Positions 8,204-17,857 of a stretch of DNA of 28,285 bases are shown piece after piece. Both the position numbers and the translations under genes were made by a program. The stretch is from positions 1 through 28,285 of the forward strand of contig JAYEGG010000347.1 of the NCBI GenBank assembly GCA_034658995.1. Reading direction: 5' to 3'. The notes below the pieces were generated by a model that was not told where the DNA came from, ran no database searches, and saw only the letters and a program-made list of their open reading frames with translations. Within the stretch, counting starts at the first letter, position 1. Each line of letters opens with the position of its first letter. The stretch comes from Methanobacteriota archaeon (GTDB lineage Archaea > Halobacteriota > Methanosarcinia > Methanosarcinales > Methanogasteraceae).

Positions 8204-9671
8204 AGAGACAACCTCCATCGCCGCCCTGTGTGATTGAGCGCCATATAAGCCCCAACCGCTTCCATTCCGGTATCAGGGTGGGCTCGTGAGTGTCCTTCTC
8301 AATCATGCTTGTGAGCGGATACCGCTTGAGACTGGTATTAAGCGCATCAATGATCGATTCAGCCAGAACCCTTGTGGAATCAAAACCGATCACCATGGAC
8401 TGCATGAGAAACGCAGTTCCACTAAAGCCCCTGATGCCTTCCGCATTGTAGCGTGCAATTCCGCCGTTGGATAAGACAAGGTCAACTCCGAGGTCTTTAA
8501 ATATGCGAATCTCCTCTTCAGGAGTTGGTTCTCTCAAGATCTTCGGCTCGCATCCGTATCTTCTGGCTGCCTCGATATCCATCTCGATTAACTGCTCATA
8601 AGCCGCATCGCTCATCCCGTGGCTCTTCATGAAGAACGAACGGTAGCTGATCGCTTCAAGCACCATCCCAAGATCCCGCATCATGATTATGCCAGGTCCA
8701 AGAGATAAACCATCGAGAACTGCAATTTTAATGCCTTTGAGCTTATCTCTTAGTTCCATATTATTTTTCATGGCTTCTTTCTTCTTCGCGTCCACCAGAT
8801 TCACTGCCGAGCTACCTAGATCAAGACGTTTAACGATCTCAAGAAGAAACCTGGCTGCACCTGTGGTTCCGAAAGGATTGCTCAAATCCGGATCCGAACC
8901 AAACGATAGGGCTGCTAAGTAATCGATTCCGAAATGATCCTTCATCCGCTCCACCCATGGCGAGGGGGTATCAACGATGTTCAGTTCAGCTTTCGGCAAT
9001 TCGTAGATATCGGATAGATGCGTGTTCCGGAAACAGACCTGATTTATCACAACGCCCATCTCCTTAAGAACACTGATTATCCCTGTGAACTTGTTCTCGC
9101 TTGCACCTATCGGGAAGTTGATGAGGTTGACCGATCCCTTGATTGTTTTAAACGGCGCCTTTGGCAGCATCAACTGCTCTACAATTGAGACCATAACGTC
9201 GTGATAGCCGATCGGTCGTCCCTGAATCATCTCTCCGGTTGAATAGATCACCTCACAGCCAACCTCTCTCTTCGCATTATCAACAATTCCCGCGAGGTCG
9301 TCACAGATCATGTCGCTGGGGCAGGTCGGGATGACCACAATCAGTGCAGGTTTCAGCCGATTGTACAGATCGATTATGCCACGATGCAGTCTGGTCTCAC
9401 CGCCGAGAACTAGATCGATCTCGGAGAGATCTGTGCACGGGGTACGGGACGCGGGACCTGACGTTGCAAATGAGTTCATCTGGCGCAGGCTGGCGCACCC
9501 GGCTGGTCCGTGAATCAGGGGGATCGCATCCTTAATTCCGCTGACCGCCATCAGTGCGCCGGCATTCTTCGCAGGCATCGATGCTATGCCGTGAACGAGC
9601 ATCGCTGCTGGCTGATACATCCGTGCCCGCACGTTAGAGCGGCAGATCTCGCCAGTTTCGGTTTTATTCAT
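8196..9671 (-). CDS. Nitrogenase component-1-like alpha/D-like subunit (D2)
   Basis: HGPAGC, TPCTDLSEIDLVLGGE and PTCPSDMICDD motifs; AGGAG RBS. Confidence 0.9.
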   Translation of the reverse strand: MNKTETGEICRSNVRARMYQPAAMLVHGIASMPAKNAGALMAVSGIKDAIPLIHGPAGCASLRQMNSFATSGPASRTPCTDLSEIDLVLGGETRLHRGIIDLYNRLKPALIVVIPTCPSDMICDDLAGIVDNAKREVGCEVIYSTGEMIQGRPIGYHDVMVSIVEQLMLPKAPFKTIKGSVNLINFPIGASENKFTGIISVLKEMGVVINQVCFRNTHLSDIYELPKAELNIVDTPSPWVERMKDHFGIDYLAALSFGSDPDLSNPFGTTGAARFLLEIVKRLDLGSSAVNLVDAKKKEAMKNNMELRDKLKGIKIAVLDGLSLGPGIIMMRDLGMVLEAISYRSFFMKSHGMSDAAYEQLIEMDIEAARRYGCEPKILREPTPEEEIRIFKDLGVDLVLSNGGIARYNAEGIRGFSGTAFLMQSMVIGFDSTRVLAESIIDALNTSLKRYPLTSMIEKDTHEPTLIPEWKRLGLIWRSITQGGDGGCLYG

Positions 9672-9702
9672 TTAATTAAGACTCCTATGATATATATACA
9701 TA

Positions 9703-9711
9703 TATTTATAA
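9703..9711 (-). promoter_or_regulatory. Possible TATA box (TTATAAATA) at the MITE junction upstream of D2
   Basis: Minus strand reads TTATAAATA about 30 nt upstream of the ATG at 9671; it spans the element end and the flank. Confidence 0.35.
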
Positions 9712-9941
9712 CTACTCAAGTACCTAAACCACTATCGATGGACTTCGCTATGCCGGAACTACCCGGGACATGGGGCATACTGTAACCAAACACAGGATAT
9801 AACCGCAAAGTACGCAGAGGGGCGCGGAGGGAAAATAAATGGTTAAACGCTCTGTGTTCCTCTACGTCATCCGCGGTTATTTTTCTTGCCAGAAAATACA
9901 GGATCGCAATCATGAGACCGATCAACATACTTGAGTAGTTA
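9709..9941. mobile_element. MITE-like non-autonomous insertion, 233 bp
   Basis: Perfect 14-bp terminal inverted repeats TAACTACTCAAGTA (9709-9722) and TACTTGAGTAGTTA (9928-9941). Flanking direct repeat CATATATTT at 9699-9707 and 9942-9950. No transposase. Confidence 0.75.
9801..9878. repeat. REP-like imperfect palindrome inside the MITE
   Basis: aaccgc..acgcagagg..gcggag (9801-9829) pairs with ctctgtg..cctctacgt..gcggtt (9850-9878). Confidence 0.6.
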
Positions 9942-9951
9942 CATATATTTT

Positions 9952-10971
9952 TCATGTCACTCTAACCTCTCTTACTCCCTTTCGCAATAGGAGATACATG
10001 AGGAACGGGAGACCCATCACTACGGTCACCCCGCCCACCGGTGTGATAAGCGGTGCAATAACTGTTCTTGCCACCAGGTCCGATCCAAGCAGAAGTACCG
10101 CACCAACAAGTCCGGATACCGGAATTACAAACCTGTGATAATCTCCGATGACCCAACGACAGATATGCGGAGCCAGTAGCCCGATGAATCCGATCGTTCC
10201 TGTGAAGCAGACCGTGGTTGCGGTAAGAAGACTCGCAACAACCATTGCATAAGTTCTGGTACGCCTCTCGTCTGCACCGAAGAGTGGTGGCAGGATGATT
10301 GGCAGGAGTAGGAGAATCGCGCAGAGTACAATTGTGCCAGCCATGACTGCCAGTACGGGCCATGATGCCCTGTTGAGGTCGCCTATCATCCAGAAGACTG
10401 CTTCCTTCACAGCCTCTGCCGCACCAAAGTACATGAGGAGTCTCGTCATCACCGGACGGGAGAGGATCACTATTATAATACCTATTAATACAACCCGTTT
10501 AGGGGTTGCCCATCTGCGGCTTGAGATATAGAGGATGAACGATGTGGCGATCAGGGCAGAGACGAAGGCAGCACATAATATCAGATATTTCCCACCAACG
10601 ATGCCGGCACCTGCAAGAATTGCAAGTGAAGCACCAGATCCAGCGCTTGATGAGATTCCAAGTGTGTATGGCGAAGCAAGCGGATTTCTGAGTGCCCACT
10701 GCATGATACCACCTGCAATCCCGAGAGAGATGCCAGCCAGTATGGCAAGGACGATGCGGGGAAGCCGGAGATTCCAGACGCATACGTCTGCAAGCCAGCT
10801 CGACTCATATTGGTCCGGGAAGAACTTGTGCAGGATTGCAGAACAGGCATCATCCATAGTCATGTCCGCACCTCCAGTGGTTACGGAAATGCCCACCAGA
10901 GCAACGATTATGAGCAGGAGGAAGAGCACGAAGAATACTATCTTTCCCGTTGGCGGTTTTGACTGAGACAT
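9952..10971 (-). CDS. FecCD/BtuC-family ABC permease, divergent (shortened coupling loop)
   Basis: LRLPRI, LRNPLASPYTLGISS and GFIGLLAPH motifs; ATG 10971 follows GGAG. Confidence 0.88.
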   Translation of the reverse strand: MSQSKPPTGKIVFFVLFLLLIIVALVGISVTTGGADMTMDDACSAILHKFFPDQYESSWLADVCVWNLRLPRIVLAILAGISLGIAGGIMQWALRNPLASPYTLGISSSAGSGASLAILAGAGIVGGKYLILCAAFVSALIATSFILYISSRRWATPKRVVLIGIIIVILSRPVMTRLLMYFGAAEAVKEAVFWMIGDLNRASWPVLAVMAGTIVLCAILLLLPIILPPLFGADERRTRTYAMVVASLLTATTVCFTGTIGFIGLLAPHICRWVIGDYHRFVIPVSGLVGAVLLLGSDLVARTVIAPLITPVGGVTVVMGLPFLMYLLLRKGVREVRVT

Positions 10972-10987
10972 GATCACAATCTCCAAA

Positions 10988-11755
10988 TCACACCGGTTTC
11001 ACCGGAATGATGTACGGTCGCTCTCCGTCGCTCTTCACAAGCGCCTCCACGCCGTACGCACGCCTGATGTTCTCGGTAGTCAGAACCGATTCGGGATTGC
11101 CCGCGGCAAAGATCCTGCCTCCGTTCATCATCAGTATCCTGGTGGTGTACCTCGCGGCAAGGTTCAGGTCATGAATCGCCATCACAGCAGAGAGCTTCTT
11201 CCTGTGCACGATATTTGTCATGATCTCCATCACCTCAAGCTGATGTCTGATATCGAGGTTGCTTGTGGGCTCATCCAGCAGAAGAATGTCCGCTTCCTGT
11301 GCGAGCGCACGTGCGATCAGGACCTTCTGCTGCTGACCGCCGCTGATCTCGTTAAAGTCCCGCATCGCAAACTCCATGATCCCGAGGAGTTCCAGAATCT
11401 CCAGAACCTTGTCCACATCCTCCTCGCTACTCTTCCAACCGAGATGCGGGCGCCTTCCCATGAGAACCGTGTCAAAGACCGTCGCCGGAAAGACACGTGT
11501 TGTGGTCTGGGGCACATAACCCATCCGCTTTGCAATCTCCATTCTCGTCATATTGCTGATGTCGTTCTCATCCAGGAGTATTGTCCCTCCTCCCGGTGTC
11601 AGGATCCGGTCGATGCACCGGATCAGCGTGGATTTGCCGGCACCGTTCGGACCGACGATTCCGATTATCTCTGAGCTATCCAGATCCATGGATATGCCTT
11701 CGAGAACCAATGTGCTGTTGTAGCCGAATTCTACATTTTTTACTTTTAGTTTCAC
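10988..11755 (-). CDS. ABC ATPase, iron-chelate/cobalamin family (FepC/BtuD-like)
   Basis: Walker A GPNGAGKS, YVPQ Q-loop, ISGGQQQ signature, LLLDEPT Walker B and HDLNLA; GTGA overlap. Confidence 0.95.
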   Translation of the reverse strand: MKLKVKNVEFGYNSTLVLEGISMDLDSSEIIGIVGPNGAGKSTLIRCIDRILTPGGGTILLDENDISNMTRMEIAKRMGYVPQTTTRVFPATVFDTVLMGRRPHLGWKSSEEDVDKVLEILELLGIMEFAMRDFNEISGGQQQKVLIARALAQEADILLLDEPTSNLDIRHQLEVMEIMTNIVHRKKLSAVMAIHDLNLAARYTTRILMMNGGRIFAAGNPESVLTTENIRRAYGVEALVKSDGERPYIIPVKPV

Positions 11756-13122
11756 CAGTATTCCCTCCGCCGCCTCATTATCAGGTACAGGAAGAGTGGA
11801 GCTCCCATAAATGCCGTAACTGCCCCAACAGGTAGGATTATAGGAGCCATGATCCTTCTTGCCACAAGGTCTGCGCTGATGAGAATCACTGCACCCAAGA
11901 GACCTGAAACAGGGAGTACGTACCTGTTGTCGCCCCCGATTGCGAGCCGTGTCATGTGCGGGGCAACAAGCCCGATGAACCCGATTGTGCCTGTGAAACA
12001 GACGATTGTTGCAACCATCACTGTTGAGACAACCATCGTTAGGACCCGGGTGCGCTTCACATTCACACCAAGACTCTTCGCAGTCTCATCTCCTGCGCCC
12101 ATCACGTTTAAGTCCCAGGACTTTGCCATGAGGTATGGGGTGCAGAGAGCGATTGCAACCGACACGATCGTAACAACGGACCATGATGCCCTGTTGAGGT
12201 CGCCTACCATCCAGAAGACCGCTTCCTTGACAGCCTCTGCCTCGCCAAAGTACTGAAGAATCGTTGTCATCGCGCCGAAGAGGTACATCATCGCAATACC
12301 TGCGAGAATCATTGTTTCGGGTGTTGCTCCTTTGCGGCTCGAGAGCCCGAGGATGATGAACGCTACCAGCAGCGCGAATATGAAAGCGTTTCCGATGATA
12401 AGATATTTTCCGCCAACGATTCCTGCGCCTGCGAGAATTGCGAGTGACGCGCCGAAGCCTGCGCCTGACGAGATTCCGAGCGTGTACGGGCTTGCAAGCG
12501 GATTTCTGAGTATCGCCTGCATCACGCACCCCGCAAGTCCAAGACCGAATCCTGCCACGATTCCGAGGAAGATTCGGGGGAGCCTGAGGTTCCAGACGCA
12601 GACATCAGCAAGCCATGTTGCTTTGTGTAGGTGGAGCTCGCCGTTCACCTCTTTTATTTTAAAACCGTCAACTCTGTGACCCGGATCTATATCGCCGCTG
12701 ATTTTCACCTCCATCTTCTCTGTATCCCGGTAATCACGCGCGATTTTAACTTTATTGTCACCAACACCTTTAATGGTGATTGTACCGTCGTCAGATTTGC
12801 TGATCTCTGCGCTTTCCACCCAGCCGATGTCGTATTCAGCTATAAGGTGTTGTTTGAGTTTCTCACTATCGCTTCCTGGAACATTGTCCCATGTAAAGAG
12901 ATACGCTGACTCAAACGTATTCGGAAACGGTTTTCTGAGTATTGATGAATAAGCGTCCCAGACCGAGAGGTCTGCAGATCCGAGCGATGTGGAAACTCCT
13001 GTTATGCCAACGATCAGGACTATGAAGAGGAAGATGAAGAAGATCTTCCGTCCGATGAACTTCTTGTACTGCGTCCTGATCTCGTCCGCGGTTACTGTGG
13101 AACTCTGCTCTTCCATAGTCAT
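11752..13122 (-). CDS. FecCD/BtuC-family ABC permease with a ~96-aa soluble insert
   Basis: LRLPRI, LRNPLASPYTLG, intact DLNVMGAGDETAKSLGVN loop and GFIGLVAPH. Confidence 0.93.
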   Translation of the reverse strand: MTMEEQSSTVTADEIRTQYKKFIGRKIFFIFLFIVLIVGITGVSTSLGSADLSVWDAYSSILRKPFPNTFESAYLFTWDNVPGSDSEKLKQHLIAEYDIGWVESAEISKSDDGTITIKGVGDNKVKIARDYRDTEKMEVKISGDIDPGHRVDGFKIKEVNGELHLHKATWLADVCVWNLRLPRIFLGIVAGFGLGLAGCVMQAILRNPLASPYTLGISSGAGFGASLAILAGAGIVGGKYLIIGNAFIFALLVAFIILGLSSRKGATPETMILAGIAMMYLFGAMTTILQYFGEAEAVKEAVFWMVGDLNRASWSVVTIVSVAIALCTPYLMAKSWDLNVMGAGDETAKSLGVNVKRTRVLTMVVSTVMVATIVCFTGTIGFIGLVAPHMTRLAIGGDNRYVLPVSGLLGAVILISADLVARRIMAPIILPVGAVTAFMGAPLFLYLIMRRRREYW

Positions 13123-13128
13123 AACGCC

Positions 13129-14004
13129 CTAGTATTCTCGCCCGGTCGTCCAGTGAATCAGGGCGTCCTGCGATTTCCATTCGAGATACCGTTCACCGTT
13201 CTCCTCTATTATCCGGTCAGCTACATACTCCTGAATTGCGTCCTTCTGGTCATCAGTCATTTCGGAATCGATCTCGAGATACTCCTTCCACCGGTCATAG
13301 AGGTCGTCCATGCTTGTTATGTGCTTCTTTGCACGGGCGTTTAACATCTCGATATCCGGGTGCAGCCCGATCTCTCGGAGTACCATGTACAGGCAGGAGT
13401 AGTCAGGATATGCGGGCGCAGGTTTTCCGTGTATCCGCGCCCACAACCTCGAATGGTCCTGGGAATTGATGTTGTGAGATCCGCCGGTCAGGAGATGGAC
13501 CGAGCCACCCGAGATGTCATCCATCTTTCTGAGTGAGTGGTGCAGGTCTGTTATATAATACAAAGCGTGTGAGCAGATGACTGCGTCGTACTTCCCGGCA
13601 TTGATCCTGTGTAATTCGTGGGTTGTGACATCCTCCCACCGCTTGTTGATGTACTCGATGTTTGTGAGCCCCTCGTCTTCCGCCTTCTTCCGCAGGATAT
13701 CAAGCATCCCCCGGGAGGGTTCGACTGCAACGACCTTCTCTGCGTTTTTAGCTAACGGTATTGCGAAGACTCCTGTGCCGGCACCTACGTCCACTATGGT
13801 CTTTGGATTATGTTGCAGGATCTTCTCAACGAAGAGCGCACGGTTCGAATGTTTCATGTCGCCTTCGTATTCCGCTGCCTTCTGGTTCCACGCCTCCTCA
13901 ATAGAGCCGTAGTTTATGATGAACTGCCTGGACCATGCGTTCAGTATCCCGTCTTCCCATGTCTTCGCCCAATCAGGCTTTATTTCACAACTCAGTGCAT
14001 TCAT
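13129..14004 (-). CDS. Class I SAM-dependent methyltransferase
   Basis: [14 protein letters not shown] and YDAVICSH motifs; ATGA overlap with nifH-like H1. Confidence 0.9.
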   Translation of the reverse strand: MNALSCEIKPDWAKTWEDGILNAWSRQFIINYGSIEEAWNQKAAEYEGDMKHSNRALFVEKILQHNPKTIVDVGAGTGVFAIPLAKNAEKVVAVEPSRGMLDILRKKAEDEGLTNIEYINKRWEDVTTHELHRINAGKYDAVICSHALYYITDLHHSLRKMDDISGGSVHLLTGGSHNINSQDHSRLWARIHGKPAPAYPDYSCLYMVLREIGLHPDIEMLNARAKKHITSMDDLYDRWKEYLEIDSEMTDDQKDAIQEYVADRIIEENGERYLEWKSQDALIHWTTGREY

Positions 14005-14936
14005 TCTCGCACCTCGAGTGCATCCCGTGTCTTCCGTCTTATGCGCTGTGCAAGCCCGGACAGTTCTTCTTTTGTGAGGGGTGTTGGGGACACCCGGTCC
14101 CGGTTCTTGTAGATTTGCATCGCTGCTTCCCTGAAGACTCCAGCAATCTCAGAGTCCGGTTTGTGCTCTATTGCGGTTTTGCCGTAGATCTCGTTCTCCA
14201 TTATCATGGGGTCGCTTGGAATCGCTCCCACGACATTTGTTCCCACGCTATGTGCAAACTCCTCGACAAGCTCGCGATCATCGATTGCACCTCTCACGTT
14301 GTAGATGATGCCGCCCAGTGGGGAACCGCCCCGGTCTGCATGCCGCTGGATCCCCTTGCAGATGTTGTTTGCCGCGTAGACCGCCATATAGTCCGCGGAT
14401 GTCACGACGTAGACATCGTCGGCAAGACCGTTTCGAAGCGGCATCCCGAAGCCGCCGCATACAATGTCCCCGAGAACATCGTAGATGATCACATCGAGAC
14501 CGAGGTCAGAATAGATGCCGAGTCGTTTCAGGAGATCGACGACCACGATTACACCGCGTCCGGCACACCCGACGGCAGGTTCCGGACCTCCAGCCTCGAC
14601 ACAGAGGACTCCTTTAAATCCCTTGTATACAATCTCTTCAAGCTCAATCTGCTTGCCGCCCACAAGTTCGCCTATGCCAAGCTTGGAGACACCTTTCTCT
14701 CGTAGCACATCCAGGACGGTCGGGAGATCAGCATCGCCCCTGAGGTTCCGGGTGCAGTCCGCCTTAGGATCACAGCCGACAACCATCGTTTTAAGACCCA
14801 TATCCGCGTAAGCCGCCGCAATGTTGGACGATATCGTTGACTTGCCGATACCGCCTTTTCCGTAGAACGCGATCTGGCGCAGTCCATTTTCAGTATCCCG
14901 AGTTGATTCGGGAGTTTTCTTATCATTCATTCTCAT
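14001..14936 (-). CDS. nifH: NifH/CfbC/BchL-family ATP-dependent reductase (H1)
   Basis: [28 protein letters not shown] and DIVCGGF motifs; ATGA overlap. A nifH-like paralog. Confidence 0.93.
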   Translation of the reverse strand: MRMNDKKTPESTRDTENGLRQIAFYGKGGIGKSTISSNIAAAYADMGLKTMVVGCDPKADCTRNLRGDADLPTVLDVLREKGVSKLGIGELVGGKQIELEEIVYKGFKGVLCVEAGGPEPAVGCAGRGVIVVVDLLKRLGIYSDLGLDVIIYDVLGDIVCGGFGMPLRNGLADDVYVVTSADYMAVYAANNICKGIQRHADRGGSPLGGIIYNVRGAIDDRELVEEFAHSVGTNVVGAIPSDPMIMENEIYGKTAIEHKPDSEIAGVFREAAMQIYKNRDRVSPTPLTKEELSGLAQRIRRKTRDALEVRE

Positions 14937-16258
14937 ACCTCCATATAATTATGTATTATCGGATTTATAATATCCTCAATAAGGTTAATTGTCCCTCTGA
15001 ATCCCGCATAAGGTGAGTTAGAGATCGAAACATCGTCAAGCAACGGATAGAATGTTCTTACAAGGGGAACGTTCAATCCATGAGCCAGTTTCTTCTCCAT
15101 CGTGGAGCCAAAGACCATCCCGACTCCGCACGATCCCACTATTTCGTCCATCCTGAAGCGATCCGGCTCGACTATCAGCAGCTCCCAGTAATCATCATAC
15201 TCGGCTGCCATCTCCTGCGAGAGATGATTCCTCGAGGTTATCACGAGCACCTTCACATTGAAACCCAGCTCATCGCTCAGGAATCTGGCGAGATCAAAAG
15301 CGTGAGCCCCTTCTCCGATCACAGCAACGTCGGAATCATAGATTCCCTGTAAATGAAGGTATATCTTCTCGATCTGATCCTTGATCCACCTGCTCTCATC
15401 GTCGATCGCCTGCCGGTTCAGATCTTGCCCTACCCCGCTGGTCGCAGCCTCCAGAAAATCGGTGCTGCCGCCGACACCATATGGATAGGGCACCACAACA
15501 TACGGCACCTCGAAGCGTTCTTCCATGATTTTTGCGCATTCGAGCCCGTCTCCACCAAGCACAAGATTAAGAGATGCTCTTGGAGCGTTCTTGATCTCTT
15601 TAAAGCTGGAACTCGTGAGAACTGCGTTGATACTGATATTCTGACCGTTCAAAATCCTTCTAATCTCTGAAAGGTCAGGACCCGCCCTGACATCATCCTG
15701 TTTGAAACCGATCAGGTTCACAACCGGGTCCTGGTCCGGCGAGTTATCGGAACCATCGCTCGCAACCATGAACCGTGTGAGTTCGGAGAGGACATCCTCA
15801 TAACCCTTCCATGAGGGTCCTTCGTAGCCCCCTGTATCGAGGGCGATTGTCTCCGGCGGAATCTCAGTTGCAACTGCCGCCGCAGCACCACTCACATCAT
15901 CGCCCATGATCGCAGGAGCACTGCAGTTGAGCGTTGCGATCAATTCCGGCTTGAAATTCCCATAAGACGCACGTATAGTGCTTGCAAGCCGCCCTTCTCC
16001 ACCATATACTATATCCTGCGTCCGAAATCCACTGTTCACGAGCCTGATGTCGTTCTGATTGGAACTCAATGCCCGCAGGAGCAGGACTCCGCAGTGGCAT
16101 CCGGGTCTGGAATGGACGATTGTTACTGAGTCTGTGACTCCGCCAAGCGCTCTTGCCGCTCCGACGAGCTTACAGTCCTGGGTCGGATCATAGATCGATT
16201 CATCTTCTCCAGTAGACCCGCGTTTTGCAAAAATATCTTCCAGTAATGTGTCTTTCAT
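14933..16258 (-). CDS. Nitrogenase component-1-like beta/K-like subunit (K1)
   Basis: [34 protein letters not shown] and PYAGFRG motifs. ATG 16258 follows GGTGA; alternative GTG at 16267. Confidence 0.9.
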   Translation of the reverse strand: MKDTLLEDIFAKRGSTGEDESIYDPTQDCKLVGAARALGGVTDSVTIVHSRPGCHCGVLLLRALSSNQNDIRLVNSGFRTQDIVYGGEGRLASTIRASYGNFKPELIATLNCSAPAIMGDDVSGAAAAVATEIPPETIALDTGGYEGPSWKGYEDVLSELTRFMVASDGSDNSPDQDPVVNLIGFKQDDVRAGPDLSEIRRILNGQNISINAVLTSSSFKEIKNAPRASLNLVLGGDGLECAKIMEERFEVPYVVVPYPYGVGGSTDFLEAATSGVGQDLNRQAIDDESRWIKDQIEKIYLHLQGIYDSDVAVIGEGAHAFDLARFLSDELGFNVKVLVITSRNHLSQEMAAEYDDYWELLIVEPDRFRMDEIVGSCGVGMVFGSTMEKKLAHGLNVPLVRTFYPLLDDVSISNSPYAGFRGTINLIEDIINPIIHNYMEV

Positions 16259-16263
16259 TGCAA

Positions 16264-17760
16264 TCACCGGTCACCAACCGCTTTACTCCGGATCGTGCCA
16301 AACATCTCTGCGAGCGTTGCCCAGTGCGGAGTCATGCCTGTCCTGTGCGAATCGTATTCAAGCATGCTCAAGAGTGGATTTCTCTTCCCTGGCTTTTTGA
16401 GTGCTTCCCTCATCAGCTGAGCCAGTTCGATTACGCACTCAAAACCGACCCGCTGGTGATGGAGCATGAAACTCACCGGATCGAACGTCCGTAGCCCTTC
16501 CCTGTTGTACCCGTGTGCACTTGCCGATGTTGAAATGACCATATCGGTTCCTGTTCTCTTAATCGTCCGTATCTCCTCCTCAAACGTAGGATTTACGATG
16601 ATCTCCGGATCCGATCCGTACTTGGTCGCCCATCCGCGTGTAATATTCAGAACCTCGTCGAGCGCATCATCGTCCAGGATGGTCTCCAGACCCTCGGTCC
16701 GGTACGTGATCACGCTCGCCTTCATCCCCAGATCACGCAGTAGCAACAGTTCGATTCCGTGGAGACCACCCATGCCGGAACATGCGACCTTCTTACCTGA
16801 TAGATCGGGTATTATCCTTAAAAGCTTCTTCAGCGTATCTTTTTTGCGCTTCTCGATCACTTCATCTGCCTCGCCCTCCAGTCCGAACCTGGATGCAATC
16901 TCGCGAAAGATCCTTGCGCTACCGTCGATGCCGTACGGACAGAGCAGGTCTGAGTCCCCAGTCTCCTTATACCGGTCAAATGAAACGATCTCGTAGTAAT
17001 CGATCCCGAGCCGCTCCTTCATGCGTTTCGTCCAGACCATCGGATAATCGGTTATGGTCAGTTCCGCACAAACGAGGTCACGGAGATCCGAGACAGTTGT
17101 GTGATCGAAGCAGACCTTGTTTATCCCAATACCGATCTCCTCTAAAACCGAACTCATCTCGCCGGTCCTGACCCCTGAGCCATGTATCGGGAAGGTTACG
17201 ATGTTAACTGAGTTATCAGTTCTCTCGACAGCCTCCGCGTCCGTGTTATTGCAGAGCAACTGGTCAGCGATCGCATAGAGTGCGTCCTGGTACCCGACTG
17301 GTCTTGCCCTTTCAACGAAATCGCCTGTCGTGTAGACGAGGTCACAATCCACATCCGCCCCTGCCACCTCCACAACCGACTTGAAATCATCCCCGATGAG
17401 ATCGCTTGCACATGTCGTGATCACTATGATCAGATTTGGGTGATAACGTTCGAATGTTTCCTTGATACCACGTTTCAGTTTCTCCTCGCCCCCATACACA
17501 ATATCCAGGTCATTCATGTCGGTGCACGGGGTTTCATAAAATAGGGAATGCAGCTTGAACGGGTTGAGCTTCCGCTGATATGCGCACCCGATCGGTCCGT
17601 GGATCAGGGGGACCGCGTCCGTAATAGCACCCGCGACCAGAAGCGAACCCGAGATCTTTCCAGGAATCGTGGTCATCCCGTGCAGAGGGAAGGTGCTGTA
17701 TGCATTGACAAGCGGTTTTAAGAATCCAGTTCCGTTTTCATGATTTCTTTCTTCGATCAT
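16264..17760 (-). CDS. Nitrogenase component-1-like alpha/D-like subunit (D1)
   Basis: HGPIGC, TPCTDMNDLDIVYGGEEKL and TTCASDLIGDD motifs. Confidence 0.92.
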   Translation of the reverse strand: MIEERNHENGTGFLKPLVNAYSTFPLHGMTTIPGKISGSLLVAGAITDAVPLIHGPIGCAYQRKLNPFKLHSLFYETPCTDMNDLDIVYGGEEKLKRGIKETFERYHPNLIIVITTCASDLIGDDFKSVVEVAGADVDCDLVYTTGDFVERARPVGYQDALYAIADQLLCNNTDAEAVERTDNSVNIVTFPIHGSGVRTGEMSSVLEEIGIGINKVCFDHTTVSDLRDLVCAELTITDYPMVWTKRMKERLGIDYYEIVSFDRYKETGDSDLLCPYGIDGSARIFREIASRFGLEGEADEVIEKRKKDTLKKLLRIIPDLSGKKVACSGMGGLHGIELLLLRDLGMKASVITYRTEGLETILDDDALDEVLNITRGWATKYGSDPEIIVNPTFEEEIRTIKRTGTDMVISTSASAHGYNREGLRTFDPVSFMLHHQRVGFECVIELAQLMREALKKPGKRNPLLSMLEYDSHRTGMTPHWATLAEMFGTIRSKAVGDR

Positions 17761-17769
17761 CTTGATTTC

Positions 17770-17855
17770 CTATCCTGATAGTCTATCCTCAATTTAGTGT
17801 TACCATATATCTAATATAGGCTACATCACGCATGATTATCAAGGATAGCATATCC
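17770..17855. promoter_or_regulatory. Two candidate operator sites made of GATAG/TATC half-sites
   Basis: cTATCctGATAGtcTATCc (17770-17788) and tTATCaagGATAGcaTATCc (17836-17855). Confidence 0.45.
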
Positions 17856-17857
17856 AA

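Noticed and set aside
9716-9955. 79-aa ORF with a hydrophobic N-terminus
   Set aside because: Lies almost wholly inside the MITE-like element and crosses a palindrome.
1244-17760. Bona fide nitrogen fixation (nifHDK/ENB) cluster
   Set aside because: All three D-like subunits lack the Cys275-equivalent FeMoco ligand; two pairs lack the full P-cluster Cys set; no nifB, nifI or nifX is in the window.
6031-17760. Canonical cfbC/cfbD for F430 synthesis
   Set aside because: CfbD is a single homodimeric subunit. These are longer heteromeric pairs and no cfbA/B/E is seen. Only the Cys pattern of D1/D2 is CfbD-like.
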